DNA of 64,000 bases from Rhabdothermincola salaria (GCF_021246445.1 NZ_JAJQXW010000001.1:1-64000); one strand, 5' to 3'; positions 37,520 to 49,765 are shown, counted from the stretch's first letter. The notes: generated by a model from the letters alone, not told the origin. Numbers and translations: made by a program.

Positions 37520-38326
37520 ATGGGCATCGAAGTCACCGTCGGCGACGACGGCATCGCGGAGGTCGTGCAGAACTGCCCTCCGGTCAACGCACTCACCGTG
37601 GCGCAGTGGTTCCAGCTGGCCGACGAGGTGCAGCGCCTCGGTGAGGACAAGGCCGTCCGAGCGGTCATCCTGCGGGCCGAGGGCAAGGGCTTCAACGCCG
37701 GGGTCGACATCAAGGAGATGCAGAACACCGAGGGCTTCGATGCCCTCATCGGCGCCAACCGGGGCTGCTTCGCCGCCTTCGCCGCCGTGTACGACTGCCC
37801 CGTCCCCGTCATCAGCGCGGTGCACGGCTTCTGCGTCGGTGGTGGCATCGGCCTCGTCGGCAACTCCGACGTCATCGTGGCTTCCGACGACGCCTTCTTC
37901 GGTCTCCCCGAGGTCGACCGGGGTGCGCTCGGCGCCGCCACCCACCTGGCCCGGCTGGTGCCACAGCACAAGATGCGCGAGATGGTCTACACGTCGGGCA
38001 CCGCCACCGCCGCTCAGCTGCACGGCTGGGGTTCGGTGTCGCAGGTCGTGCCCCGCGACGAGCTGCTCGCCGCCACCCGCGAGGTCGCCGGCAACATCGC
38101 GGCCAAGTCGCCCACCGTCATCCGCGCCGCCAAGGAGAGCCTCAACGGCATCGACCTGTGGGACGTGAAGAAGAGCTACCGCTTCGAGCAGGGGTTCACC
38201 TTCGAGCTCAACCTGTCCGGCGTGGCCGACGAGCTGCGCGACGACTTCGTCGAGCACGGCCACCAGGGCGACAAGGGCTCTGCTGCCAGCGGCGCTGACG
38301 CCACGAACACCGAGAAGGGGAAGTAG
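37520..38326 (+). CDS. echA20: Enoyl-CoA hydratase EchA20-like (HIP ring D cleavage)
   Basis: PPVNAL, GFNAGVDIKEMQ, LPEVDRGALGAATHLARLVPQH, SYRFEQGFTFELNL. Confidence 0.9.
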   Translation: MGIEVTVGDDGIAEVVQNCPPVNALTVAQWFQLADEVQRLGEDKAVRAVILRAEGKGFNAGVDIKEMQNTEGFDALIGANRGCFAAFAAVYDCPVPVISAVHGFCVGGGIGLVGNSDVIVASDDAFFGLPEVDRGALGAATHLARLVPQHKMREMVYTSGTATAAQLHGWGSVSQVVPRDELLAATREVAGNIAAKSPTVIRAAKESLNGIDLWDVKKSYRFEQGFTFELNLSGVADELRDDFVEHGHQGDKGSAASGADATNTEKGK

Positions 38327-39184
38327 ATGGCCAACAAGCGCACGACCGAGGACGAGGCGGTCGCCACGCTGTCCGACGGCATGACCATCGGCATCGGGGG
38401 TTGGGGCAGCCGTCGCAAGCCCATGTCGCTGGTGCGGGCGCTGCTGCGCAGCGACCTCACCGACCTCACGATCGTCAGCTACGGCGGACCCGACGTCGGT
38501 CTGCTGTGCGCGGCCGGCAAGGTGCGCAAGCTGGTCTACGGCTTCGTGTCACTCGACTCCATCGCCCTCGAGCCCCACTTCCGGGCCGCGCGCCAGGCCG
38601 GCACCATCCCCGAGGTGGTCGAGTACGACGAGGGCATGCTCCAGTGGGGCCTCTACGCCGCCTCGCTGCGCCTGCCCTTCCTGCCCACCAGGGCCGGGCT
38701 GGGTTCCGACGTGGTCAAGAACTCCCCGGACCTGCGCACGGTCACCAGCCCCTACGCCGACGCCGAGGAGCTCCTGGCCGTGCCGGCCATCCCCCTCGAC
38801 GCCGCCTTCGTGCACCTCAACCGGGCCGACGAGCGGGGCAACGCCCAGTTCCTCGGCCCCGACCTCTACTTCGACGACCTCTTCCTCGGCGCCGCCGCCA
38901 CCGGAGGTCGCTTCGTGTCGGTCGAGAAGGTCGTCGCCACCGAGGAGCTGCTGGCCAACGGCTCGTTCCACACCCTGAAGATCAACCGATCGATGGTCGA
39001 CGGTGTGATCGAGGCGCCCAACGGCGCCCACTTCACCAACTGCCAGCCCGACTACGAGCGCGACGAGGCCTTCCAGAAGGAGTACGCCAAGGCCGCCGCC
39101 GATCCCGAGGCCTGGGCCCAGTTCGAACAGACTTACCTCTCCGGCTCCGAAGCCGACTACCAGCAGGCGGTGAAGAACCGATGA
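38327..39184 (+). CDS. ipdA: COCHEA-CoA hydrolase subunit alpha (CoA-transferase fold)
   Basis: GIGGWGSRRKPM.LVRA, YGFVSLDSI.LEP, RAGLGSDV, GAHFT; synteny echA20-ipdA-ipdB-ipdC. Confidence 0.9.
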   Translation: MANKRTTEDEAVATLSDGMTIGIGGWGSRRKPMSLVRALLRSDLTDLTIVSYGGPDVGLLCAAGKVRKLVYGFVSLDSIALEPHFRAARQAGTIPEVVEYDEGMLQWGLYAASLRLPFLPTRAGLGSDVVKNSPDLRTVTSPYADAEELLAVPAIPLDAAFVHLNRADERGNAQFLGPDLYFDDLFLGAAATGGRFVSVEKVVATEELLANGSFHTLKINRSMVDGVIEAPNGAHFTNCQPDYERDEAFQKEYAKAAADPEAWAQFEQTYLSGSEADYQQAVKNR

Positions 39185-39954
39185 GCGATGCCAACACCAC
39201 CACCGACGCCACCCTCGCCGAGATCTGCGTGGCCGCCGTCGCCGATGCCTTCGCCGGCGACGGCGAGATCTTCGCCTCGGGCATGGGCACCATCCCCATG
39301 CTCGGCGCCCGCCTGGCCCGGGCCACCAACGAGCCCGATCTGCTGATCAGCGACGGCGAGGCCTTCTTCGTCGCCAACGACCTCGCCGTCGGCAGCTCCG
39401 ACAAGCAGGTCGAGGGCTGGATCCCGTTCCGCACCGTGTTCGACACGCTGTGGGGCGGGCGGCGCCACGTGGTCATGGGTGCCAGCCAGATCGACGCCCA
39501 CGGCAACCAGAACATCGCCAACATCGGCCCGTGGGACAAGCCCAAGGCCCAGCTCCTCGGTGTGCGCGGCGGCCCCGGCAACACCATCAACCACACCACC
39601 ACCTACTTCATCCCCAAGCACACCGACCGGGTGTTCGTGCCCAAGGCCGACACCGTGTCGGGCGTGGGCTACGACCGCGCCGCCGAGCTGGGCGACTGGG
39701 TGAAGGCCCACCACGAGATCCGCCGGGTGGTCACCAACCTGGCCGTGCTCGACTTCGACTCGCCCGACCACCGCATGCACCTGGTGTCCACCCACCCCGG
39801 TGTCAGCGTCGACGACGTGGTGTCCAACACCGGCTTCGAGCTGGTCGTCGGCGACGACGTGGCGACCACCCGGCTGCCCACCGCCGAGGAGCTGCGCATC
39901 CTGCGCGAGGTCCTCGACCCCAAGGGCTTCCGCGAGCGCGAGCTGCCGTCGTGA
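39181..39954 (+). CDS. ipdB: COCHEA-CoA hydrolase subunit beta
   Basis: GARLARAT, VEGW.PFR.VF, GRRHVVMG..QID.HGNQNI, GVRG.PGNTINH. Confidence 0.9.
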   Translation: MSDANTTTDATLAEICVAAVADAFAGDGEIFASGMGTIPMLGARLARATNEPDLLISDGEAFFVANDLAVGSSDKQVEGWIPFRTVFDTLWGGRRHVVMGASQIDAHGNQNIANIGPWDKPKAQLLGVRGGPGNTINHTTTYFIPKHTDRVFVPKADTVSGVGYDRAAELGDWVKAHHEIRRVVTNLAVLDFDSPDHRMHLVSTHPGVSVDDVVSNTGFELVVGDDVATTRLPTAEELRILREVLDPKGFRERELPS

Positions 39955-39970
39955 CCGCCGAGGAGCGCTG

Positions 39971-41071
39971 ATGCACCCCGCCCTGCACACCCCCCTGGTC
40001 GACCTGCTCGGCTCGAAGTACCCGATCGTGCAGACGGGCATGGGCTGGGTGGCCGGCCCCAGCCTGGTGTCGGCCACCTCCAACGCCGGCGCGTTCGGCA
40101 TCATCGCCTCGGCGACGATGACCTACGACGAGCTGGCCCGGGCCATCACCACGGTGAAGGGGCGCACGCAGGCCCCGTTCGGCGTGAACCTGCGCGCCGA
40201 CGCCGACGACATCCGGGCCCGGCTCGACCTGTTGATCGCCGAGGGCGTCCCGGTGGCCTCGTTCGCCCAGGCCCCCAAGAAGGACCTGATCGACCACCTC
40301 CACGACCACGGCGTGAAGGTCATGCCCTCCATCGGGGCCAAGCGCCACGCCGAGAAGGTCATGGAGTGGGGTGTCGACGCCATCCTGGTCCAGGGCGGCG
40401 AGGGCGGCGGCCACACCGGTGCGGTGCCCACCTCCCTGCTGCTCCCCGAGGTCGTCGACGTGGTCGACGGCCGGGTGCCGGTGGTGGCCGCCGGCGGCTA
40501 CTTCGACGGGCGCGGCCTGGTCTCGGCGCTGGCCTACGGAGCCAGCGGCGTGGCCATGGGCACCCGCTTCCTGCTCACCTCCGACTCGTCGGTGCCGGTG
40601 GAGGTCAAGCAGGCCTATCTGGGCACACCGGTCACCGGCACCGTCGTCACCACCAAGATCGACGGCGCTCCCCATCGGGTCATCCGCACCGAGCTGGTCG
40701 ACGAGATGGACTCTGCGTCCGCGCTCACCGCCGTGCCCAAGGCGGTGGCCAATGCCGCCAAGTTCCGCTCCTACACCGGCTTGTCGTGGCTCGAGATGGC
40801 CCGCGAGGGCCTGGCCATGAAGAAGCGCATGGACCTGTCGTGGGCCGAGGTCATCATGGCCGGCAACACGCCCATGCTCACCAAGGCCACCCTGGTCGAC
40901 GGCCGTCTCGATGCCGGCATCCTGCCCACCGGGCAGGTGGTGGGCGTCATCGACGACCTGCCCACCGCCGCCGAGGTGGTCGACCGCATCGTGGCCGAGG
41001 CCGGCGAGGTGCTCGGTCGCCTCACCGGTGGCGTGCCCGCTCGCCGATCCCCGGCCCGCGAGTCCGACTGA
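39971..41071 (+). CDS. ipdC: IpdC-like reductase (nitronate monooxygenase family)
   Basis: PIVQTGMGWVAG, PFGVNLRADA, QGGEGGGHTG, MGTRFLLT. Confidence 0.85.
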   Translation: MHPALHTPLVDLLGSKYPIVQTGMGWVAGPSLVSATSNAGAFGIIASATMTYDELARAITTVKGRTQAPFGVNLRADADDIRARLDLLIAEGVPVASFAQAPKKDLIDHLHDHGVKVMPSIGAKRHAEKVMEWGVDAILVQGGEGGGHTGAVPTSLLLPEVVDVVDGRVPVVAAGGYFDGRGLVSALAYGASGVAMGTRFLLTSDSSVPVEVKQAYLGTPVTGTVVTTKIDGAPHRVIRTELVDEMDSASALTAVPKAVANAAKFRSYTGLSWLEMAREGLAMKKRMDLSWAEVIMAGNTPMLTKATLVDGRLDAGILPTGQVVGVIDDLPTAAEVVDRIVAEAGEVLGRLTGGVPARRSPARESD

Positions 41072-41114
41072 GCACACCGGTGTCCGAGACCCGATCCCGT
41101 GAGAGGCGAACCCC

Positions 41115-41591
41115 ATGAGCGATGACACCCCGAACGCCCAGACCGTGCTCGACGGGCCCGACGCGGTGAGGGCCGCGGTGGGCACCCACCTCGGCCACAG
41201 CGACTGGCTCGAGGTCGACCAGGAGCGCGTGAACCTGTTCGCCGACGCCACCGGCGACCACCAGTGGATCCACGTCGATCCGGAGAAGGCGAAGGACGGC
41301 CCCTTCGGCGGTCCCATTGCCCACGGCTACCTCACCCTTTCGCTGTCCAACCTCTTCCTGCCCCAGATCATCGAGACCAAGGGCTTCTCGGCCGGGGTGA
41401 ACTACGGCGCCGACAAGGTGCGGTTCATCTCCCCGGTCAAGGTGGGCGACCGCATCCGCGGGGGTGCCGAGCTGGTCGAGGTCACCGACGTGAAGGGCGG
41501 CATCCAGACCCTGGTGCGCATCACCATCGAGATCGAGGGCGGCGCCAAGCCGGCGTGCGTCATCGACTCGCTCAGCCGCTGGCTGTCCTGA
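41115..41591 (+). CDS. MaoC family dehydratase
   Basis: FADATGDHQWIHVD, IAHGYLTLSL, NYG.DKVRF. Confidence 0.9.
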   Translation: MSDDTPNAQTVLDGPDAVRAAVGTHLGHSDWLEVDQERVNLFADATGDHQWIHVDPEKAKDGPFGGPIAHGYLTLSLSNLFLPQIIETKGFSAGVNYGADKVRFISPVKVGDRIRGGAELVEVTDVKGGIQTLVRITIEIEGGAKPACVIDSLSRWLS

Positions 41592-41661
41592 ACCGGCGCC
41601 GCCGAGCGGTGGCCCCGCCTACGCTCACGATGTCCATCGCACGTCAGCGCAGGGGGAGAAC

Positions 41662-42819
41662 GTGACCAATCCGATCGGGCCGCTCACCGGAGCCGACGAG
41701 TGGTTCAGCCACCAGATCGTCGACACCTTCGCCGCGGTCGGCACCAGCGACCCGGCATGGACCGAGAAGGTCTGTGCCATGGCCGCGGCCACCGACGGGA
41801 GCCTGCAGCTGGGCTTCGGTCTGGGCAAGTACACCAACCGCAACGTCATGGACTGCTACGCCGGGATCTCTCGTGGCGTCGAGCAGATCACGGTGCGGGC
41901 CAGTCGCCGCCTGGCCGACGACGCCGAGCTCATCGGCGCCGGCCCGGTGCGCTACGAGATCGTGGAGCCCCTGCGCCAGATCCGCTTCGTGCTCGAGGCC
42001 AACGACACCCAGCCCATCGCCTTCGACTGGCTGTTCACCGCCGAGCTGCCCGCCACCCTCGAGGACCGCACCCACACCCGCCAGGGCTACCGCGTGTCGG
42101 CCGACCTCGTGCGCTACCACCAGATCGGCACCTGTTCGGGATGGGTGGAGGTCGACGGCGAGCGCACCGAGCTCGACCCCGACTCCTGGGTGTCGACCCG
42201 CGACCACTCGTGGGGGGTGCGCTACGACATCGGGGAGCCGGCCACCGACCTCGAGCCGACGCGCGGCCTCGAGGGCGGCACGTTCCAGTTCGTCTGGAGC
42301 CCCATCCTCATGGAACGGCCCGACGGCACCCGCTACGGGTTGTTCCTCAACGTGTCCAAGATGGCCTTCCCCGGGTTCGAGCAGAAGACCACGATGGCCA
42401 TGGTGGAGCACCCCGACGGCCGCATCGAGCGCATCGTCGACCTCGAACCCGAGCTCGCCTACGACCCCACCAACCGCCGCCTGCGCGGCGGCACGCTGCA
42501 CGCCACGCTCGAGGACGGCTCCGCCCGGGCGCTGCAGGTGGAGGTGGTCTCCGACACCGGCTTCCACCTCGGTGCCGGCCTGTACTTCGGCTTCGCCGGG
42601 CACCACCACGGCGAGTGGCGAGGACCGCTCAACGTGGAGGGTGAGCGCATCGACGACTGCACCACCGCCGAGAACGCCCGACGCCTGCACCAGATCCGCG
42701 ACACCGTGGTGCGCGTCACCGACCCCGTCGGTGGCGGGGTGGGCTACGGCAACATGCAGCCCATCGTCACCGGGGCGTTCCCCGACCTGGGCCTCGACGC
42801 CGACTCCTCGTTCATCTGA
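41662..42819 (+). CDS. Hypothetical protein (tocopherol-cyclase/lipocalin-like beta fold)
   Basis: RYHQ.G...G.V..DG, RDHSWGVR motif; AGGGGGAG RBS. Confidence 0.7.
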   Translation: MTNPIGPLTGADEWFSHQIVDTFAAVGTSDPAWTEKVCAMAAATDGSLQLGFGLGKYTNRNVMDCYAGISRGVEQITVRASRRLADDAELIGAGPVRYEIVEPLRQIRFVLEANDTQPIAFDWLFTAELPATLEDRTHTRQGYRVSADLVRYHQIGTCSGWVEVDGERTELDPDSWVSTRDHSWGVRYDIGEPATDLEPTRGLEGGTFQFVWSPILMERPDGTRYGLFLNVSKMAFPGFEQKTTMAMVEHPDGRIERIVDLEPELAYDPTNRRLRGGTLHATLEDGSARALQVEVVSDTGFHLGAGLYFGFAGHHHGEWRGPLNVEGERIDDCTTAENARRLHQIRDTVVRVTDPVGGGVGYGNMQPIVTGAFPDLGLDADSSFI

Positions 42820-42843
42820 GCTGAGCAGCGTCGAGCCCGCGGA

Positions 42844-43245
42844 TCAGCTGTCGGGGACGAAGTAGGGGTTGAGCTCCACGGCGGTCGGCTGCTCGAAGAA
42901 GGCCCGCACGGACACGACCTTGCCGTCGTCGCGGACCTTCCAGATCTCGATGCTGTCGACCACGGCCTCGTCGCCGTGGACGACGCCCTGGTTGCGCATC
43001 AGCACCACGGCCTCGTCGCCACCGGTGACGATGCGCTGGGGGTGCAGGGTCCACACCCGACCCTCGGTGTAGGAGTTGTCCCACGAACCCTCGGCCGCCG
43101 TGCGTCCGGGCTTGGGCGCCTTGCCCACCGGGTCCTCGAACACGATCTCGTCGGCGAACAGCTCCAGCCAGCGCTCGCGGTCGCGTGCGTTCCAGCGGGC
43201 GGCGTGTTCCTCGATGGCGCGTCGCGCCGGATGGGGGGTGCTCAT
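42844..43245 (-). CDS. NTF2/SnoaL-like protein, ketosteroid-isomerase-like
   Basis: LFAD..V.EDPVG, DGK.V..RAF. Confidence 0.8.
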   Translation of the reverse strand: MSTPHPARRAIEEHAARWNARDRERWLELFADEIVFEDPVGKAPKPGRTAAEGSWDNSYTEGRVWTLHPQRIVTGGDEAVVLMRNQGVVHGDEAVVDSIEIWKVRDDGKVVSVRAFFEQPTAVELNPYFVPDS

Positions 43246-43314
43246 GTGCAGGTTGTAGCCGATCTGCGGCGGTGTGCTTGACAGTTCCACGATCGGGCGG
43301 TCAAGGTGGTCGCC

Positions 43315-43352
43315 GTGCCGATCACCTCTCGCACCCTCCTCCTTCTCGTCTA

Positions 43353-43353
<1 letters not shown>
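43315..43353 (+). CDS. Leucine-rich leader peptide (MPITSRTLLLLV) of the leuA attenuator
   Basis: GTG CCG ATC ACC TCT CGC ACC CTC CTC CTT CTC GTC TAG; -35 TTGACA at 43278 and -10 CAAGGT at 43302 imply leaderless initiation. Confidence 0.8.
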
Positions 43354-45189
<1,836 letters not shown>

Positions 45190-45355
45190 GGGAGCGGACG
45201 AGACCTCTCGGGCACCGCCGGCCGGGGGCGATCGCCACCTGGGTGCGCGCTGCACGAGGCCGAACGACGCCACCCCTGTCGTGGGGCAACCCTGACGAAC
45301 CAAGAGGCTTCTGGCAATCCCCCGATGCCGTGTGGTGGTCCGGACCAGGCTGTGG

Positions 45356-46603
45356 TCAGGCGATGACGCCTTCGTCGCGCAGGCGGGCGATGGCGTCGGC
45401 GTCGAGGCCCAGCTCGCTCGCCAGCACCTCGTCGGTGTGCTCGCCCAGCCACGGCATGCGCGTCTCGGGACCGTCGGGCATCTTCGACATCTTGATGGGG
45501 TTGCCCGGGGTGAGCACCGGGTCGCCGCCCTCGGGGCGGGGGATCTCGACCACCATGTTGCGGGCGGCCAGGTGGGGATCGTCGATCACCTGGGGCGGGG
45601 TGAGGCACGGTCCGGCGGCCACGCCGGCCTCGGCCAGGGCGAAGCAGGCCTCGACGTTGGTCTTGTCGGCGGCCCAGGCGGCGAGGCCCGGCCGGATGAT
45701 GTCGTCCATGTGGTCACGCCACCCCTGCCGGGTGGCCAGGCGCTCGTCGGTGGTCCACTCGGGCTGGCCCACCAGCTCGGCCAGGCGGGCGAACTCGTGC
45801 TCACGGCCCACTTGGACGATGAACCACCCGTTGGACGCCTCGAAGCCGTCGAGGATCATGGGCAGGCCCTGTCCGGGCTTCGGCCAGGCGCCCATGGACC
45901 AGAAGTTCACGACGATGTCGGTCATGGCGACCATGGAGTCGAACATGGCCACGTCGACGTACTGGCCCTGACCGGTGACGTCGCGGTGGCGCAGGGCGGC
46001 GAGCAGGCCGATGGTGGCGAACAGGGCGGTGCCGATGTCGCCCAGCGCCCCGACCGGCGACGCCATGGGGGGCTGGCCGGGGGGCCGCTTGTAGTCGTAG
46101 ATGCCCGACATGGCCTCGGCGATGGCGGCGTAGGCGGGCCAACCGTCGTACGGGGTGGGCGTGGTGTTGCCGAAGCCCGAGACCGACACGTACACCACCT
46201 CCGGGTGCACGGCGGCCACGTCGTCGTAGCCGAGGCCCATCCGGGCCAGGGCGCCGCCCTTGAAGTTCTCGGCCACGATGTCGAACCGAGGGATCAGGTC
46301 CAACACCAGCTGGCGCCCGGCATCGCTCTTGAGGTCGACGCAGATCGACCGCTTGTTGAGGTTGTTGCGCAGGAAGGTGGCGCCGACGGTGCGGCCCTCG
46401 GGGTCGGTGACCGAGGGCTGTGAGCCACGACCGAGGTCGCCGCCCTTCACGCTCTCGATCTTGACCACCTCGGCACCGAGGCGGGTGAGCAGCTGGGTGG
46501 CGTAGGGCAGGGCCTGCATCTGCTCGAGGGCCAACACCCGCACGCCCTCGAGGGGGCGTCCGAAGGGGAGGGCGTCGGGGTTGCCGGTGTCTCCGAGTTG
46601 CAT
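45356..46603 (-). CDS. CaiB/BaiF CoA-transferase family protein
   Basis: RVLALEQMQALPYAT, NLNKRS, ENFK, LGDI, LGEHT. Confidence 0.88.
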   Translation of the reverse strand: MQLGDTGNPDALPFGRPLEGVRVLALEQMQALPYATQLLTRLGAEVVKIESVKGGDLGRGSQPSVTDPEGRTVGATFLRNNLNKRSICVDLKSDAGRQLVLDLIPRFDIVAENFKGGALARMGLGYDDVAAVHPEVVYVSVSGFGNTTPTPYDGWPAYAAIAEAMSGIYDYKRPPGQPPMASPVGALGDIGTALFATIGLLAALRHRDVTGQGQYVDVAMFDSMVAMTDIVVNFWSMGAWPKPGQGLPMILDGFEASNGWFIVQVGREHEFARLAELVGQPEWTTDERLATRQGWRDHMDDIIRPGLAAWAADKTNVEACFALAEAGVAAGPCLTPPQVIDDPHLAARNMVVEIPRPEGGDPVLTPGNPIKMSKMPDGPETRMPWLGEHTDEVLASELGLDADAIARLRDEGVIA

Positions 46604-46613
46604 GGCGCCGACC

Positions 46614-48716
46614 CTACCGGGCCGTCGAAGAGGCCAAGAGAGCCACGTCGACGGGGATCCCGGTGAGGTGCGACATGGTGCTGACCGGATCGAAGGTGCC
46701 GGGCCCGACGGGGGAGAGGACGTTGACGTTCACCCCCGGATGGCGCCGAGCCACGGCCATGCCCGTGGTGCCGGCGTTGCCGAAGCCATGGGTCATGGCC
46801 ACCACGCCGGGTCGGAGGGTGGGGTCGATCCGGGCGAACGCCTCGACGGCGCCGTAGCGGTTGGAGACCCGGACCTCGGACCCCTCGGCGATCGAGAGCC
46901 GCTCGGCATCGACGGGGCTCAGGTACAAGGGGTTGTCGCCGGCCGTCTGCTTCAGACGGGCCACGTTCTGCATCGCCGAGTTGATGGTGTGGGAGGTGCG
47001 CCGGGTGATCAACTTGAGCTGCCCGGGCGGTTCGGCGGCCAGCTCCTCGAACTGCTCCGCCGCCCGCAGCCGGGCGGGCTCGAGCATGGCGGGTGCGCCC
47101 TCGAGCGTGCCGTGGGGGGTCATGGTGTCGAGGAACGACCCGACCGGGGCCGGCGGGAGGAGGGCCACGCCCGCGTCGGAGGTCCGCAGCGCTTCCATGG
47201 CCAGGCCGTGCTCGCCCAGCGGACCGTCGTAGAGCATCGACAACATGTCGCTCTCGGGGTCGAAGATGGGCGGGTGGCCGAGGCGATCGCTCAGCGCGGC
47301 GAAGACGTCGCGCTCGGTGCGCCGCTCGCCGGCGGGGGCCACGACGGGGGCGGTCCACTGGACGTAGGGCACCGGCTGGGTGCCCTGCACGAAGGTGTTG
47401 AGGTCCTCGCGCTCGAACCAGTCGGCGGCCGGGAGCACGTAGTCGGCCATCTCCCCGGTGGCGTTGCGGTAGTAGTCGATCGTGACCAGCAGGTCGAGGT
47501 CGGCCAGGGCCGTCGCCAGGTCGTCGCCCCCGCCGATGCTGAGCACTGGGTTCCCGGCGAGCACGATCAGCGCCCGGATGGGCTGGTCGGGATCGCGCAA
47601 CATGTCGCCGAGCAGTGCCCCGGGTTGGCCGCCGGCAGTGGTCCGATAGGTGCCCCACGGCGAGTCGACGAAGCCCTCCGGGCCCGTGTCGCTCGACCGG
47701 GGGGCCGGAGCCGTGCCCCGGGAGGTCCCCACGTTGCCGCCGCGCCGGTCGAAGTTGCCGGTGAGCAGGACCAGCATCTGCATGAGCCAGTAGGCGAGCG
47801 CCCCCTGCCGTCCCATGTTCACCCCGGTGGACATGTGGGCCGAGGCCGTGGGAGCGGCGGCGAAGTCACGAGCGAGACCGATGATCGTGTCGGCGTCGAG
47901 CCCCACGACCTCCGCCACCCGCTCCGGCGGGAAACGGCCCACGAAGCGGCGAAGGCTGTCGAGCTCGGTGAGCCGGGCGGCGCCCGCCTCGTCGAAGCCG
48001 ACCGTGCGATCGATCTCGCACAGCATGGCGGCCAGCAGGTACACGTCCGTGTCGGGCTTCACCTGGAAGGTCTGGCCGACGTTGGGTTCGGCGTGGCGGG
48101 GGTCGACGAAGCGCACCACGCCGCCGCGCTCCTCGATGGCGGCCAGCCGACCGACGGGGTCGGGCATCGACAGGAACGAGCTCTTGGAGATGCGGGGGTT
48201 GGTGCCGAAGGCCAGCAGGTGGTCGGTGTGGTCGACGTCGGGGATGAGGTGGACCTGGGCCGACCCCCACAGCATCTCGCCGACGGCGAACTTGTTGGCG
48301 CAGTCCTGGGGTCCGGCGCTGAACAGCCGGTCGGAGCCGACCTGCAAAAGGAACAGGCCGGCGGCCGGGCCGGCGGTGGCGTTGAACGCCGTGGGGTTCC
48401 CGAGGTACAGGGCAACCGCCGACGGGCCGTGCTCGTCGATGATGGCGGCCAGGCGGGCGGCGATGTCGTCGAGGGCGTCGTCCCACTCGACCTCGGTGCG
48501 CGTGCCGTCGGTCCGGCGGCGCTGGGGTCGGTCGACGCGGTCGGGATCGTGGTGGATCTCCTTGGCCAGCAGTCCCTTGTTGCACGCGAAGCCGGCGGTG
48601 ATCGGGTGGTCGTGGTCCGGGCGGAGTCGGTCGATGCGGCCGTCGGCATCGAGCTCGGCCACCAGTCCACAGCCGACCTCGCAGAGCCGGCAGTAGGTGC
48701 GCCGGGTGGTGCTCAC
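46614..48716 (-). CDS. Molybdopterin-dependent oxidoreductase with N-terminal [4Fe-4S] motif
   Basis: CRLCEVGC..C.KG, DPR, AGNPVLS, ADYVLPA...ERED, C-terminal molybdopterin-binding domain; GTGA overlap. Confidence 0.88.
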   Translation of the reverse strand: MSTTRRTYCRLCEVGCGLVAELDADGRIDRLRPDHDHPITAGFACNKGLLAKEIHHDPDRVDRPQRRRTDGTRTEVEWDDALDDIAARLAAIIDEHGPSAVALYLGNPTAFNATAGPAAGLFLLQVGSDRLFSAGPQDCANKFAVGEMLWGSAQVHLIPDVDHTDHLLAFGTNPRISKSSFLSMPDPVGRLAAIEERGGVVRFVDPRHAEPNVGQTFQVKPDTDVYLLAAMLCEIDRTVGFDEAGAARLTELDSLRRFVGRFPPERVAEVVGLDADTIIGLARDFAAAPTASAHMSTGVNMGRQGALAYWLMQMLVLLTGNFDRRGGNVGTSRGTAPAPRSSDTGPEGFVDSPWGTYRTTAGGQPGALLGDMLRDPDQPIRALIVLAGNPVLSIGGGDDLATALADLDLLVTIDYYRNATGEMADYVLPAADWFEREDLNTFVQGTQPVPYVQWTAPVVAPAGERRTERDVFAALSDRLGHPPIFDPESDMLSMLYDGPLGEHGLAMEALRTSDAGVALLPPAPVGSFLDTMTPHGTLEGAPAMLEPARLRAAEQFEELAAEPPGQLKLITRRTSHTINSAMQNVARLKQTAGDNPLYLSPVDAERLSIAEGSEVRVSNRYGAVEAFARIDPTLRPGVVAMTHGFGNAGTTGMAVARRHPGVNVNVLSPVGPGTFDPVSTMSHLTGIPVDVALLASSTAR

Positions 48717-49765
48717 GAGCGGGTGGCGCGGTACTCGGCGACGATGGGCGCCAGCTCGGCGGGCGTGGCCCCGTGCATGATCACGCCGTCGCAGCCCAGG
48801 TCGAACTGGTTGCGGATGGCGGCCACGCACTCGGCCGGCGAGCCGGTGGCGCTGGGGGCCAGCCACTCGTCGGGGATGAGCGTGGCCACGTGCTGGAGCT
48901 GCTCGTCGGTGGCCGAGATGTCGAGGCCGCGTACGCTCTGCACCACCTCGTCGGCGAGGAACCGCTCGAGCACGGCGGGATCCCAGTCGTTGGTGCCCAC
49001 CAGGAGGGCGCCGTACCCCTGCAGGTAGGTGCCCAGCCGGCCCACGAGCTTCATGCGCCGGGCGTCGGCGGGGATGTGGTCGCCGATGGTGGCGTAGCAG
49101 GACCACACCTTGACCTCGTCGGGGTCACGTCCGGCCTGCTCGGCGGCCTTCTTCACCGTCTGCACCGACCGCGCCGTGGTCTCGTCGGTGAAGAAGGTGT
49201 GCAGCACGACCTCGTCGAAGCAACGGCCGGCCAGCTCCAGGGTGTTCGGGCCGAACGCCACCATGCCCATGGGCAGGTGCTCGTCGAGCTCGGCGTCGAG
49301 GTGCAGCACCGGGAACGAGCCGGCGGGGCCCTCGTGGCCCATGATCACCTCGCCCCGGAAGAGCCGCCGCATCAGCCCGGCGAAGTCCTCCATCTGGGCC
49401 GTGGTGATGCGCCCGATGCCGAAGGCGTCCTGCATCATCGGGATGCCGCGACCAAGGCCCAGCACGAACCGTCCGCCGGTGAGGCTCTGCATGGTGCGGG
49501 CGTACCCGGCGGTGACCATCGGGTGGCGGGTGTTGTGGTTGGTGGCCGCGGTGGAGATGGCGATGCGCTGGCTCACCGCCCCCACGGCGCCCGAGAGGGT
49601 GGCCGCTTCCTTCTTGTTGTAGCGCTCGGAGATGAAGCAGTGCCCGAGGCCCATGGCCTCGGCGTCGATGACCTCGGCCACGAGGTCCCGCGAGGAGCGG
49701 GGTTGCCCGGCGAGCGTGTAGAAGCCCAGCTCGGGGAGGGTCTCGGGGGTGGGCTCGGGGGCCAT
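48713..49765 (-). CDS. LLM class F420-dependent oxidoreductase (MSMEG_2249/TIGR03857-like)
   Basis: ELGFY.LAG, FISER.N.KEAA, ATNHNTRHP, GHEGPAG, HGATP.EL.P; AAGGAG RBS. Confidence 0.82.
   Translation of the reverse strand: MAPEPTPETLPELGFYTLAGQPRSSRDLVAEVIDAEAMGLGHCFISERYNKKEAATLSGAVGAVSQRIAISTAATNHNTRHPMVTAGYARTMQSLTGGRFVLGLGRGIPMMQDAFGIGRITTAQMEDFAGLMRRLFRGEVIMGHEGPAGSFPVLHLDAELDEHLPMGMVAFGPNTLELAGRCFDEVVLHTFFTDETTARSVQTVKKAAEQAGRDPDEVKVWSCYATIGDHIPADARRMKLVGRLGTYLQGYGALLVGTNDWDPAVLERFLADEVVQSVRGLDISATDEQLQHVATLIPDEWLAPSATGSPAECVAAIRNQFDLGCDGVIMHGATPAELAPIVAEYRATRS

Noticed and set aside
45285..45335. CTGACGA in the leuA/CaiB intergenic region as a hammerhead ribozyme core
   Set aside because: No GAAA after the putative stem II and no convincing stems I/III.
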